64,000 nucleotides of DNA. Source: Curvularia clavata. Lineage: Eukaryota. The stretch is taken from NCBI GenBank assembly GCA_023920165.1, contig CP089275.1, forward strand, positions 5,394,001 through 5,458,000, written 5' to 3'. This document shows positions 21,225-32,583 of this stretch, one piece after another. Numbering within the stretch: the first letter of the stretch is position 1; each line of letters begins with the position of its first letter. The notes under the pieces were generated by a model. The model ran no database searches, was not told the DNA's origin, and saw nothing but the letters and a program-made list of their open reading frames with translations. Position numbers and translations under genes: made by a program.

Positions 21225-24180
21225 ATGGTAAGTCCATTATTCGGTCATGATTTGGCGCGGGGTGGGTTCTTTGTATCGCGAGGCTGGAAGGCCTCAGCTC
21301 AATCCGAGTGTGGTCAATAGCTGACAAAGCGTTGGAACAGAATTCCACCATAGCATCTCCTGTCCCGTTGCGCTTCAATCAAGCCCGACGGGCAACCAAT
21401 GAGCTCAAGGCTGTCGACACAGGACGGGAGACTCCTCTTCCGCAATATGAACAGACGCAGTCCGTCCCGTTTGCCTTGAGACTTCAGGAAGATGCTCGAA
21501 ACCCAGGTCAATTCCAGCTCGTCTTGGACATTGGTTCAAAACTGCAAGCACCAGATGGGTTACGCTTGAACACATCGTCTCAGCCTCATGACAACATCAA
21601 TCCCGCTACCACAGACAATGCAAACCTTAGGCCAGATGCGTCAAGTCCACCTATCACGCCGCTTTCGGATAAGCAAGGCTGGGCAGACCTGGATCATGTG
21701 CCCCCAGAATTCCTTAACAAAGTCGTACCGGATTGGGCCGTGACATTTTCTCGAAGTGATTCGACAGTGTCCACACAATCAAAGCGTCTGGCTGACATCA
21801 AAGCCCGAATCAAGAAGAAAGGCAAGGGCTACGTAGTGCGGTTGTTGAAAGGATCTTCTACCGATGTGAATGAGATTGCTGAAGTAGACTTGGGTTCGCA
21901 AGCCAACAGAACCCAAGCAAATGACGTCTCTGAGCTTGATTCCACGACCTTGCCAGCTGAGCTTCACTCACCCCTATCGACTTTGCCACCAAATAGCGTT
22001 AGTTTTGCCGATCGACCTGATGTCTTTGAAATTGGCACTTCGAATGAAGACGGGATCAATCGGCCCTCACCTGCTGTTCCAGCTGAGCCAGCTTCGAATC
22101 TTGAATCGCACGCGAGAGTTTTGGCCATAAACCGCTTGGCGCAGAATTTGATTGCAGAAGAAGGAATGAGCGATGCTGAAACTTTAATTCCTGATATCCA
22201 TCGCGTAGATGGAGAACAAACTGATGTCGAAGCCTTTCATCAACCTTCATTTATGATTCCAGGCAGGTCAGACTCAGTATCCAGTATCGTAAAAACACCA
22301 ACTCGCGGCCTCTCACTGATTGGCCCCGTGAGAAAAAGGGTTGAGAAGAGAACGCGCCCTCGAGCAAATTGCCGGAACCCATACTTGGAACTCAGACGGT
22401 CTGACGCCCACAAATCTGTAAAGCATGGCTCCAAATCGACTATCACAACGAGTGAAAATCACTTTACTGAATTTGGGGCGAAAACAATGAACCTGCGGCA
22501 ACGGAACCGTCCATCTTCACGCAAATCCGATGATTCTGATCAGACCTCAGACGAGTATGGGTCGTCGCAACAACCAAATCAGCCCAACAGTAGAGCTAAG
22601 CCGCGGAGTCGTCACTTATCGGCAGATAATCTTCAATTTCCCACAAAATCTAAGTACGGCTTACGGTTGCAGACCGATGTGCCGAAACCAAAATCTGCAC
22701 ATGTATCACCAGTCGCTTGGCGGAAAGGCTTGTTGAAGGCGCGGAAACTCAAATCTTCGTCACCGTCACCTATTGATGTAGACGACGCCGACTTGCAATC
22801 TTCACCTGAATGGCAAGAAGAAAGTCACTCTGAGATACTGAGCAAAGCTTTGAAAGTTTTGGCTAGTGTTGGTCCAAATCCCGCTAACGACGATGTACAA
22901 CATGTTGAGAGTCCAGATGGATCTCCTTTACCCCATATCGTTGAGCCTACGGACGAAGAAAATACTGGTAACATACCGCTACCTTCTGAAGTCGAGATTA
23001 GGCCAGCGCCTAGTGGTCCACGTAACCCAACGCTGGCATACTGGGGCCTCGCGTTTGGGGCACTATCGGACAAAGTGTATGAAGGATTGAAATTGCTTCG
23101 GGATGCTACTGGACCCGAACGACCAGTCCAGAAAGGTCATGTTCGGGTTCGTTGGACCTGTGTAAGTGCTGATGTTATGAAATCTCACTTGGCCTTTCTG
23201 ACATCCTACAGTCGTGCGGAGAGTCGCTTTATGACGACTTCATTGAACAGAGACCCAACGCAGCCCGTCTTTTGGAAGCATACCTGAATAGGCCGAGAGT
23301 ACAGACTTCGCAAAGCTCCGCCAGTCAAAGCAGTACAATGTCATCCGTAGCATCCATCTTCGACTCTTCTAGTAGAGCTTCGACCCTTGCAACGCCGTCA
23401 TCGACTTATGGAGGACCTGATTCATGGTCCAGAAGCAGTGACACATCCAAATATAGCCCAACACGGATACGAGCCAACAACCCATTCAGCGTCCGCATGC
23501 CCAATTTCGCTACTGAATCGTGGCTCCTTACCTGCGCAAACGAGGGTCGTCTCACGCCCAAAATCGTGCATCTCGACGTCAACGAAAGTCGCATCAGAAG
23601 CGATAAAGACCTAGCGCTCTCTCTACGAGACCACTACGACCAGCTTCACCGCGGATGGTTCAACTGGACACGAATGCGCGGACTGACGACAATCGAATTT
23701 GTACAATTCGAAGTCCACCGCAACCGATTTGCTGATATTCGCGCCACGCCATCTATGCCTCCCCGATCTGCAGCGTCTTCGGGATCGGCATCTGCAGATC
23801 CAGAGAAGCCTCAGGCGATATCCGAGCATCCGTATACATTTGAGCCAAACGACCTCCTACCTCCTGTTGGCAGCACTTATCTCCTTCACCTTTTCAAACA
23901 CCCGAATGACTATGATGGCGAACTGATCACGTATCTTCGTAGTCCAAAGCGACGTCAGCGGCTAGAGTTCGGCATGGGCTGGGGCGTTCATCTCGTAGAA
24001 GGCTTTCTCGCGCAACGTGTTTGGGCGTTTACGATGGGTATTTGTGGTATTGGCAGCGCAGCGTTCGCCATTATGTGGACGATCAAGAAGGGTGACGTGC
24101 AAGGTGCGTTTGGGGTTGCGCAGTGGGTATTAGCCATTGCTGTGCTTGTAGTAGGCGGCATCCAAGCGTGGATAGAGTAG
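21225..24180 (+). CDS. Hypothetical protein with a long disordered N-half and two C-terminal hydrophobic helices; introns 21228-21340 and 23162-23211
   Basis: ATG|GTAAGT first exon joins ORF 21308-23287. The second intron joins it in frame to ORF 23272-24180, producing VRVRWTC|SCGESLYDDF. The C-terminus has GWGVHLVEG followed by two TM-like segments. Confidence 0.75.
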
Positions 24181-26189
24181 ACATGATGCCGAAAGATGCC
24201 GGTAGAATGTTCGACAGCTTTGTTGTTCAGTGAGCACATGCCATACGGCCGTTTGCTTATTGTTTCTAGAAGCGCCTGCTTCTGAATGATACACTTACGT
24301 TTCGGTGCCACTGTGCGATGGGATAACAAGCATAGACGCACACGGTCCCAGTCCGCCTGTGTTGTGTTTCTTCCCAATCTTGCAGGGGGTATCTTACTTT
24401 GTATACTTTATCACATGCTTTCCGTATTACCATCCGAAGCACAAGGTATCTCTCTTATTCGTACTCGTATCTCTACCTGGATCGAGGAAGAGGGATCCTT
24501 TGTCATCGAGACATGCAAGTATTACCTTGTCGAAGAGATTGTGTTCTTGCTATATTGACAAGGGTATTTCAAATATTGCATTCGCTACACATGCCTCCGG
24601 TAGATTCACACGGGGATGCTGGAGTTGTGCAGGGCTTGTACGGTTGCTGCCGGATTCTAGAACAAATGTAACCATTGTGCATTGCTCCTTTCAGCGGGTC
24701 GTTATGATGAGGTGAATGAGAAGCTGTCATTTCTTTTGCAGCTGGATGGGAGGGGCTATCAAGAAATCTCTGCATCAGGGTAATTAACACTCATTTTCCC
24801 TGAAGTTTTTTCATTGCTGAACTGGAAAAAGACTGTTGGCTATACGTTTCTATTTTCAAGCCGAGAAACATGATCAGCTTAAGTGAATGACCACCGACAA
24901 CGGTCATGTTTGGCTCCCCGCCTCTGTTTCGAGAAATGTATTGAAACGTCTGCAAACAGCAAGTTCAGGCTGAAAGACGGCTAAAGAAGGAAACAAAACC
25001 CAAGCAATGCATGAGTCGACGGCGGAGCACCGGCGAGGCTGGTTGCGGTTCCAGAGCGTTATCACTAGACACCCGACTACCCGGCACTGCACCTCAACTC
25101 TAATCTCCCCAGCAACGTTTCGACGGGCCAGTTGCGCAGGCAAGTCACAAGAAAGAATTCTGCACCGGGGCACTAGCATTGGAGGAAAATCCACCGTTTC
25201 ATGTTTGAAACGAGGCGATTGGCAAGCGAGGTCAATAACAGCGGCACAGGGTGGGGCATCAGGATCGCGACGCTGTCAGGGGCGCTTGACCGTTGCGCGC
25301 GCGATATTGGAGTTGGTACCAAATTGGAGATCAGGCCATATGTTAATGGATGAACAGGAGGTGTGTACAACAAAAATATGCTGTGGAACTGAATGCAGAG
25401 CCATAGGAACTTGACCTACAATACCTAGTCAGACGTTCTCGGTGTTGTTGGTTTCATGTTTCACCACCGAATGCATTAATACCGATTTCGCCATCAACGT
25501 CATGGCATTTGACCGATCAACCATTATCTCAGCTGAGCTATTGACAAGCGCCACGATCAATGCAGCGTTCCTCGGTATCCTCTATGATGGAAACGCCCAA
25601 GCGCTTGGCAGCGCTATATGCACGGCTTCCAACTTCATGCCACCACGTTGGACCCGCCCGCTTGAGACTAGAACTACCACATCTCCGGGCAACGCGACTC
25701 AGAACACGGATGAACAGGCGTACAACTCAGACTGCCCACAGCACAAGACAGCATACCCATGCATCGTGATTCCCAGCCTGCGCCTTGCCGCCTACATGGG
25801 AGGTCCTGTGCATCCTGACAATGTCGCTTGTCACGCCCAAAGAGGAAATACGGCGATTAAAACAATACAGAGTGGAGGCGTTGTTTGAGTGCATGGATTG
25901 ATCCCGCTTTGCCAGGCATCCTTCCACGAGTCACCGATGCCGTACATTCCAGGGCGCCGAGCACTACTCAGCTGGATAAATAGGGCACTGAGGTACCCTC
26001 CGACAAGACACCTTCATCGCTACAGCTTCAATTCGTTGGTTCCTATACCCGTCCCTTCTTTCTTACACATTCGTTCATCAAGTCCGTTCACTGTGTGAAG
26101 CCGGCAGACACTCTTTCAACCTCAATTCATCGAACACTAGTTGCCTTCGAACACCTTCAGTCTTCTTCAGATCACCTCAATCCATCACA

Positions 26190-27197
26190 ATGTACAAGAC
26201 CATCACCTCCGTCACTGCCCTTGCGGCTCTCGCTGCCACCGTCACTGCCCACGGCTCCTTGACTGGTGTCTCAATCGACGGTGTCTACAAGCAGGGTTAC
26301 TCCATCGAGTACTACTACCAGATGCAGCAGAACGCCAAGGTTCCTGAGCACCTTGGCTGGTATGCCGAGAACCTCGACAACGGCTTCGTCGAGCCAGCCA
26401 AGTTCGGCACATCCGACATCATCTGCCACAAGGCCGGTAGCCCCAAGGGCAGCTCGGACACCATGGGCAAGGTCGCCCCTGGTGGCACCGTCGAGTTCCA
26501 CTGGAACACCTGGCCCGAGTCCCACGTCGGTCCCGTCATCACCTACGCCGCTCCCTACACTGGCGACATTCTGTCCGTCAAGAAGGAGGACCTCAAGTGG
26601 ACCAAGATTGATGCTCACGGCTACGAGAACGGCGAGTGGGCTGCCGTCAAGATGATCGGCCAGAACAACACATGGCCCATCACTATCCCCGAGAACCTTG
26701 CTGCTGGCAAGTACGTCTTCCGCCACGAGATCATCGCCCTCCACGCCGCCGGCCAGGAGAACGGTGCCCAGAACTACCCCCAGTGCGTCAACATCGAGGT
26801 CACTGGCAGCGGTACCGAGAAACCCGCTGGTGTTGCCGGTACTGAGCTCTACACTGCCACCGACCCAGGTATCAAGTTCGATGTCTACCAGGGCAAGCTG
26901 GACAGCTACATCGTTCCTGGCCCTGCTCTTTTCGGCTCCAGCGGCTCCACCACCCCTTCCAAGCCCTCTCCTTCTACTCCCGCTTCTTCCGCCACCCCTA
27001 GCAAGCCTTCCACCCCCGCTGCTACCCCCTCTTCCGCTGCTCCTGCTGCCACCTCGGCGCCTGCTGCCTCTGCTGCTCCTTCCAGCGGCAGCGAGCTTCC
27101 CGAGAGCTTCACCCTCGAGACCTTCATCACCTGGCTCGAGGGCAAGGCCAGCGGCTCTTCCAAGAAGGCTCGCCGCCACGCCCGCTCTTTCTTGTAA
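26190..27197 (+). CDS. AA9 (GH61) lytic polysaccharide monooxygenase with Ser/Pro/Ala linker and short C-terminal motif
   Basis: 20-aa signal peptide then N-terminal His; DIICHK, WPESHVGPV, RHEIIALH...GAQNYPQC (His-brace and axial Tyr); strong codon bias; TATA-like ATAAAT upstream. Confidence 0.96.
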   Translation: MYKTITSVTALAALAATVTAHGSLTGVSIDGVYKQGYSIEYYYQMQQNAKVPEHLGWYAENLDNGFVEPAKFGTSDIICHKAGSPKGSSDTMGKVAPGGTVEFHWNTWPESHVGPVITYAAPYTGDILSVKKEDLKWTKIDAHGYENGEWAAVKMIGQNNTWPITIPENLAAGKYVFRHEIIALHAAGQENGAQNYPQCVNIEVTGSGTEKPAGVAGTELYTATDPGIKFDVYQGKLDSYIVPGPALFGSSGSTTPSKPSPSTPASSATPSKPSTPAATPSSAAPAATSAPAASAAPSSGSELPESFTLETFITWLEGKASGSSKKARRHARSFL

Positions 27198-27756
27198 GCG
27201 TCTTGTGATGGTCAAGCAACTTACTCATCGTTCAATTTGGCGATGAGTTCAATGAGATGGTCCGTTCGTTGGATACGACGAGTGTCTTCGATTCTTTGTG
27301 TATAGTGCATACCCTTTTTGTAGCATAGCGCTTCTGAATATATATATTCTTCGCCATTGAGATGTGTTTATTGCGGTGAAGTGATTGCGAGTGAAGTTTG
27401 TGTCCGGTTGGAGGAATGGGGAAACATTGTCATAAGGATCTACAGTTATGAAGACAAGGTGATCAAGAAAGACGTCATTGAGATACATCATCATGGTCAA
27501 GATCGTTGTTAGCTCGAGGAGTGGCTCGGTACTACATATGCCAAAAGTTTCGCCTCGATAACCATTCAAATTCCTACCAAAGTACTGAAACGAAATTGCA
27601 TTGAAATTCTCCAAGTTGCAAATAAGACTCGCCGTAAGACAAAGTCAAACACGCCTGAGACAAGTAACAAAAATAGAAAAAGGCGGGTAGTAAGCTATAA
27701 ATATCTTAAGATAGTCCTATAAGGCTATGCTAGGAAGCAAAAGACTGAAGAAAAAG

Positions 27757-27977
27757 CTGGCGTTAGTGCTAAGCAGATAGGGCAAGTATAGTTAGAGAGG
27801 CAGAAGCGGTGCACAGACAGATGTTAGCGACAAGAGAGGGTACTTGAACGGGAACATTCCAACACGCCGACAGCTACATATGAATTGACTTGCCCACTGC
27901 TTACGAAAAGAGGCTGTCATGAGAAGTTTCTTGCCTTGTACGATAGAGCATGTGCTGTATAATCAATATCGCTTGAC
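27757..27977 (+). pseudogene. Relic of kinesin-light-chain-like TPR repeats from an NLR-type gene
   Basis: Translation across two frameshifts: LALVLSR*GKY / EAEAVHRQMLATRE / VLEREHSNTPTATYELTCPLLTKRGCHEKFLALYDRACAV*SISL. This resembles the fungal NLR TPR pattern LAxVLxxQGKYxEAEAMHRQxLxxREKVLGxEHPxT...LALYxRACAGY as I recall it. Confidence 0.75.
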
Positions 27978-28147
27978 ATGCAGTAGCTACGGTGGTGTGC
28001 TCAGATATCGTCAGGAGCAGCTTCTTTAGTCTCCTGCCGAATTCAACACAATATGGTTCCTATTCCTAGGCACTGCTTACTCGCGCTCCCAAAAATCTCT
28101 ATCTTCTCAATACAATACCATCCTATCTTGTTTCTAGAGAAGACCTA

Positions 28148-29854
28148 TCATTTTCGTCCGCCGAATGCATCTAGCAGCCTTACAATGCCCTCGCGGCCCC
28201 ATCGTGCCGCTGCCCACAAAGGTGTCACTCCATCTTTATCCCTCGCGTTGACGTCAATGTTCTGGTGCTCAACTAGCAGTCTCACAACGCCCTCCAGGCC
28301 GCATCGTACCGCTGCCCACAAAGGCGTTTTTCCATCTTTATCCCTCGCGTTGATGTCAATGTTATGGTTCTCAACTAGCAGTCTCACAATGCCCTCGTGG
28401 CCCCATCGTGCCGCTGTCCACAAAGGCGATTTTCCATCTTTATCCTTCGCGTTGATGTCAATGTTATGGTTCTCAACTAGCAGTCTCACAATGCCCTCGT
28501 GGCCCCATCGTGCCGCTGTCCACAAAGGCGATTTTCCATCTTTATCCCTCGCGTTGACGTCAATGTTCTGGTGCTCAACTAGCAGTCTCACAATGCCCTC
28601 GCGGCGCCGTCGTGCCGCTGCCCATAAAGGTGTCAGTTCATCTTTATCCTTCACGTTGATGTTGATTCCATCTCGCTCAAGTAGTGCTTTTACAATGCCC
28701 TCGTGGCCGTATTCTGCCGCTATTCTCAGAGCTGTATGGCCTTGCCTGTCTTCCCACTCTATAGCAAAATCGCCCCATTTAGTTCCGTCCCAACTGATGT
28801 CGATGAACCGCTCTGATTCTGATAATGGTTCTCTTAAGGCGCATAAGAACGTCGCGCTACGTAGATCCTTTAGATTATCGATGAATTCACACCAGTCCCA
28901 GTCTATATAGTATAGGTCGGGAGATTCAGTATGTCCCGGGAAGAGTAACGTAGATATGGTATCCCGTATAAGCTCCTTCAAGTCCTTTTTATAATCCGCT
29001 TGTAGTTTATTTTGTTCGTGCACACTTGATGACATGCCAAGCAAGGCATATATCATATCTCGCTTGTCGGTCGCCTCACTTCTGTGGAAGTTCTGCAGAA
29101 GTGTTTGTAGTGTCGGCTGTTGGCTGTACCAATTTCTTGCTCGAAGATGGCCAGGCATAACATCCAAGATAGCTTTGGAATGAAGATCGAGTTCCAGTCC
29201 AAGAAGTGACGGTGCTCTGGTGAAGACCTGCGTTGAAACCGACTTCCAACCGCAAGCAACGATTGCTCTCCGTGCCTTAGCAACCTCTTGTATGACCCAA
29301 ACCCGTCTGAACCATGGCCGGCTTAGAAGCTTTTCCATCGGCTCGCGATATCGAGCCTGCAGATCACTAGACACAAGTTGGCTCGTTGAGCGCATTTCGG
29401 CTTTCGATGGCAGCTTCCCGAGAAATTCCATCAGAGTGTCACTATCTTCAGATCCAGTGCCTAGCCAGACAATCACATTTTCTGCTGTGTGATAGATCTT
29501 TCCCATCTGTTGAACCTGGTGGCCTTTTTCTTCGTCATGGCTTTGATCGATACACACAGCATCGACCCATAGGAATCTGGAACCATCCACTGGGCGAAGA
29601 TAGTGCAGGGCTATGAATAGATTCTCAGTCACTCTTGCTTTCATGCCGTTGATCCGAATTGTGGCATGCTTTTCAATGCCACCCCAGGTATACGATAAGG
29701 CATCGTAAGGTATGCCGCCATCTTTGGACTCGTCGAGGTAAGCTTCAAGAAGTTCGCAATGAATATGTGTAGTGGTTCCGCCTAGGAGTTGGATCAGCCG
29801 AAAGGAGGGGCGATCCATGTCGATCCGGTCGTACGTGAACTCCATTTCCGACAT
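28148..29854 (-). CDS. HET-domain (het-6-like) protein with six C-terminal ankyrin repeats
   Basis: HET motifs YDALSYTWG, LWVDAVCIDQ...EKGHQVQQMGKIY...VIVWLG, PWFRRVWVIQEV and ATDKRDMIYALLG. Ankyrin units DKDGxxPLWxAARxGxEGIVRLL. Intronless and uninterrupted; first ATG at 29854. Confidence 0.92.
   Translation of the reverse strand: MSEMEFTYDRIDMDRPSFRLIQLLGGTTTHIHCELLEAYLDESKDGGIPYDALSYTWGGIEKHATIRINGMKARVTENLFIALHYLRPVDGSRFLWVDAVCIDQSHDEEKGHQVQQMGKIYHTAENVIVWLGTGSEDSDTLMEFLGKLPSKAEMRSTSQLVSSDLQARYREPMEKLLSRPWFRRVWVIQEVAKARRAIVACGWKSVSTQVFTRAPSLLGLELDLHSKAILDVMPGHLRARNWYSQQPTLQTLLQNFHRSEATDKRDMIYALLGMSSSVHEQNKLQADYKKDLKELIRDTISTLLFPGHTESPDLYYIDWDWCEFIDNLKDLRSATFLCALREPLSESERFIDISWDGTKWGDFAIEWEDRQGHTALRIAAEYGHEGIVKALLERDGININVKDKDELTPLWAAARRRREGIVRLLVEHQNIDVNARDKDGKSPLWTAARWGHEGIVRLLVENHNIDINAKDKDGKSPLWTAARWGHEGIVRLLVENHNIDINARDKDGKTPLWAAVRCGLEGVVRLLVEHQNIDVNARDKDGVTPLWAAARWGREGIVRLLDAFGGRK
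28172..28753. repeat. Tandem 102-bp ankyrin-coding repeats (~6 units) with very high internal identity
   Basis: TCAACTAGCAGTCTCACAA recurs at 102-nt spacing. 28330-28431 and 28432-28533 differ at about one position by eye. Confidence 0.93.
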
Positions 29855-30012
29855 TGCGAATCCCACTATTGGATGATCATGATTAATTAGATTACCCTAA
29901 CGTGGTACTAATGTCTGCATAATTGGAAGGTACTAACAAATTGTCAGAAATCCAGGAGATGTAAGAAAAAGTGCGACCCCAAAGAAAATGAAGAGATAGC
30001 CTATTGGGCATA

Positions 30013-31340
30013 CAGTGGGGTGCAGCGATCTGTTCGCTTGGCGCTTCACCCCACCAAAACCAAATCTACCCACCACCTTTGATTGACCCAAATATCACAA
30101 CCACGCAGTCAAAAAAGACGACAGAGGTCGCAAATTAATTGTGTTGTACCTAATATTTGGTCTGATAGCCTTTTGCAGCTCTACAGGCTTTAATTCGGCG
30201 TGGGATAGAGGTGATTAGTGTATGAATCAATGAGTCGGGTATGGCTACCCAAGCAGTTTTTAAGCAGCTTTGAAACTCCGCCCAGCTATCTATTGTGTTA
30301 ATATTACCAATATTTGGATAAAGTCGATAAACCTCTCGCTTTAGAGCCTACCAAAGATGCTCGATAGGGTTGAGATCAGGCGAATATGGGGGCCAGTTGA
30401 TTGTATTTACTTGGTGAAGTTGTAGCCAGTTTCTCGAGAGCCATGACGTGTGGATAGGTGCGTTATCCTGCACAAAAAGCTGTCCAGGTCTATAACATGG
30501 TATTAGACCTTCCTCTAAGGCTGCGATATAGCTATTTGACGTGTATCCATGGCGTCGCGTAGTTATATCCCGGGTCATAATTACCAGAGGACTACGCCTA
30601 ATTTGAGACCCATTTTCTAACCAGATCGCGCCCCAAACCATACAGACAGGCTGCCTTGCGGTAGATACAGCGTATATCATCTCATGTGACCATTTTTGTG
30701 TAGGTAGTCGCCATACCCAAGGAGTGTTACGTCCAGATCCACAGGCGATAGAACACTCATCAGTGAATATCAAAGTATCCTGGTTAAATGCAAAGGTACG
30801 GTATGCTGTAGCCCAGTTTACACGCGCAATAGCTGTAGTTATAATGATTTTAGGTCGTCGAACCGCTATAAACTTATAAAGCCTTTCATTGTCGAGGGCA
30901 CGTTGTATTGTACGCCGTGATACTCCTTCAAGTCCAGCCTCTCGCATGAGGTCAGGATACTCAATAAAGGGATTCTTTTTTGCTATTCGTGATAATATAC
31001 GGCGATCGCGAGATGATAGTATCTTTTTGAACCAAGTCGAGGCAGGGACGTAACGCGGTTGCGGTCCTTATATCGACGTATAGTTTTCTAGATACAGCGT
31101 TGTGTGCAGTTAAGATCGTTGGCGATTTCAGCCGTACTGCAACCAGCTTCATACTTTGCGAGCAAAAACGCGTTGCTCAAAGGATAATTCACATCCACGC
31201 ATTCGATTTGACGAAATTTGGGCACCAAGGGAGGTCATATTGATGTAGTAATATGGTGTTGAAGTCTAGATAGCTCTGCGCGGGTCGCGTTGTTGTTGCG
31301 AGGCCCGTGCTTACGCGAACAAATCGCTGTCCTAGCACTG
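30013..31340 (-). mobile_element. Tc1/mariner (impala-like, DD34E) DNA transposon, ~1.33 kb, inactivated
   Basis: TA on both flanks (30011-12 and 31341-42). Imperfect TIRs CAGTGGGGTGCAGCGATCTGTTCGC and CAGTGCTAGGACAGCGATTTGTTCGC (right end reverse-complemented). Internal transposase remnants. Confidence 0.9.
30160..31238 (-). pseudogene. Disrupted Tc1-family transposase
   Basis: FTDE, MVWGAI, QDNAPIH and WPPYSPDLNPIEHLW, with 34 residues between the second D and the E. Premature TAG stops and frameshifts in the HTH region. End coordinate approximate. Confidence 0.88.
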
Positions 31341-32583
31341 TATATTGTGGTGTAGTTGAATAGAGTAGGCTAGGACATTCATAAAGCCGGCATTTAGGCC
31401 AGTCACTCTGCTTCTTGTGGAGCAACAATGCTCCACTAAGAAGAGGATGGTGGAAGGGCAACTGCTAGGTATCGACAAACAGTGACAGTGTCGAGGCGGT
31501 GCAGCGGCTGTGCATCGGCAGTGTCCGGGAATAAAACCACCCATGCTTTTGTCGGATCCCAATCACTCCATAGAGGCAGTGCATGCATACAATCAGGCTG
31601 AAAGCGCTGGCCACATCAGCTGCCCATTGTCCTGCGCCAACTGCCCTCACTTTTCGTCCTGAGGCAGTTTTGGCCTTGTGAACTCATGATATAGGAGTGC
31701 GCAGTGCACACATAGGCAATTTGCCAGCGGACGAAGCAGGTCTAAGAACGTCGTCGCTGCAGCCCCTCTCGCAAAGCTCCCTATGGAGAGGGGCAAGCAC
31801 AACTGGAGAAACATGGGCCTGCACAGCTGGGAGTAAGCAATGCCTAAGGTCAGGTGATTAATGGGAGCCACAGCGCGTAGTGCAGCTCGCAGACATCTCA
31901 GCACACTACTGTTGCCAAATGTCGCTTAGGACGCACGGCCAGCGGGATGCGTTTTGACGCTCTTTCCATCTACGCGGAGAAACTACCAGATATACAATAT
32001 TATTCTAAATCGACCTTTTAAGGCTACCGTCCAAATCTTTACCATTCTAGCTTCTTTTCTAGCCTACTGAACTTTCTAAAAATGTCGGTCGTCGCGAATA
32101 AATAAGGGGGTACTAGAGGAGAGTCGATTAACAGCACCAGCAGAACGAGCAACATCACAGTTAACGATACGCTTTTTAGCGTCGGAGGCTGATGCACTGG
32201 AAGAGCAAGAGCTGCAAAATAGATGCACGCTAGACCTATCAACTTATAGACATGGTGGGCACACTCTGGACACCCGAAAGAAGATACGTCCCGTTACACC
32301 GTGTGTCCCGGCACTTAGGGACGGTCGTTAGTGGTCCTGTCATGAAGAGATGCATGCTAGGCATTTAATTTGTATAACCCTTATATACCAGCTAAGGTGG
32401 TATGATCACATAATCTCACACTTCATCACAGCGATATGATTTTAACAAGCATGTTGGCATTTTGGAACAATTCCCACATTTAATAAATATGTTGTAGTTA
32501 TACCGTGAGACGAAACCTAAAACTAAAGAAACCTACCTAATGACCCTTAGATCTTTCCGACTCACCACCCAACAATATCGCTT

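Noticed and set aside
26271..27215. 314-aa antisense ORF over the AA9 gene, and similar antisense/overlapping ORFs over RPS19, GH93, SLX4, HET-ANK and GH115
   Set aside because: Explained by strong codon bias or repeats on the coding strand; no independent motifs.
28172..28753. Regularly spaced repeats as a CRISPR-like array
   Set aside because: Contiguous in-frame ankyrin-coding repeats with no unique spacers, in eukaryotic DNA.
31990..32340. TpA-rich segment with short palindromic motifs suggesting another transposon relic
   Set aside because: No paired TIRs, target duplication or recognisable protein motif.
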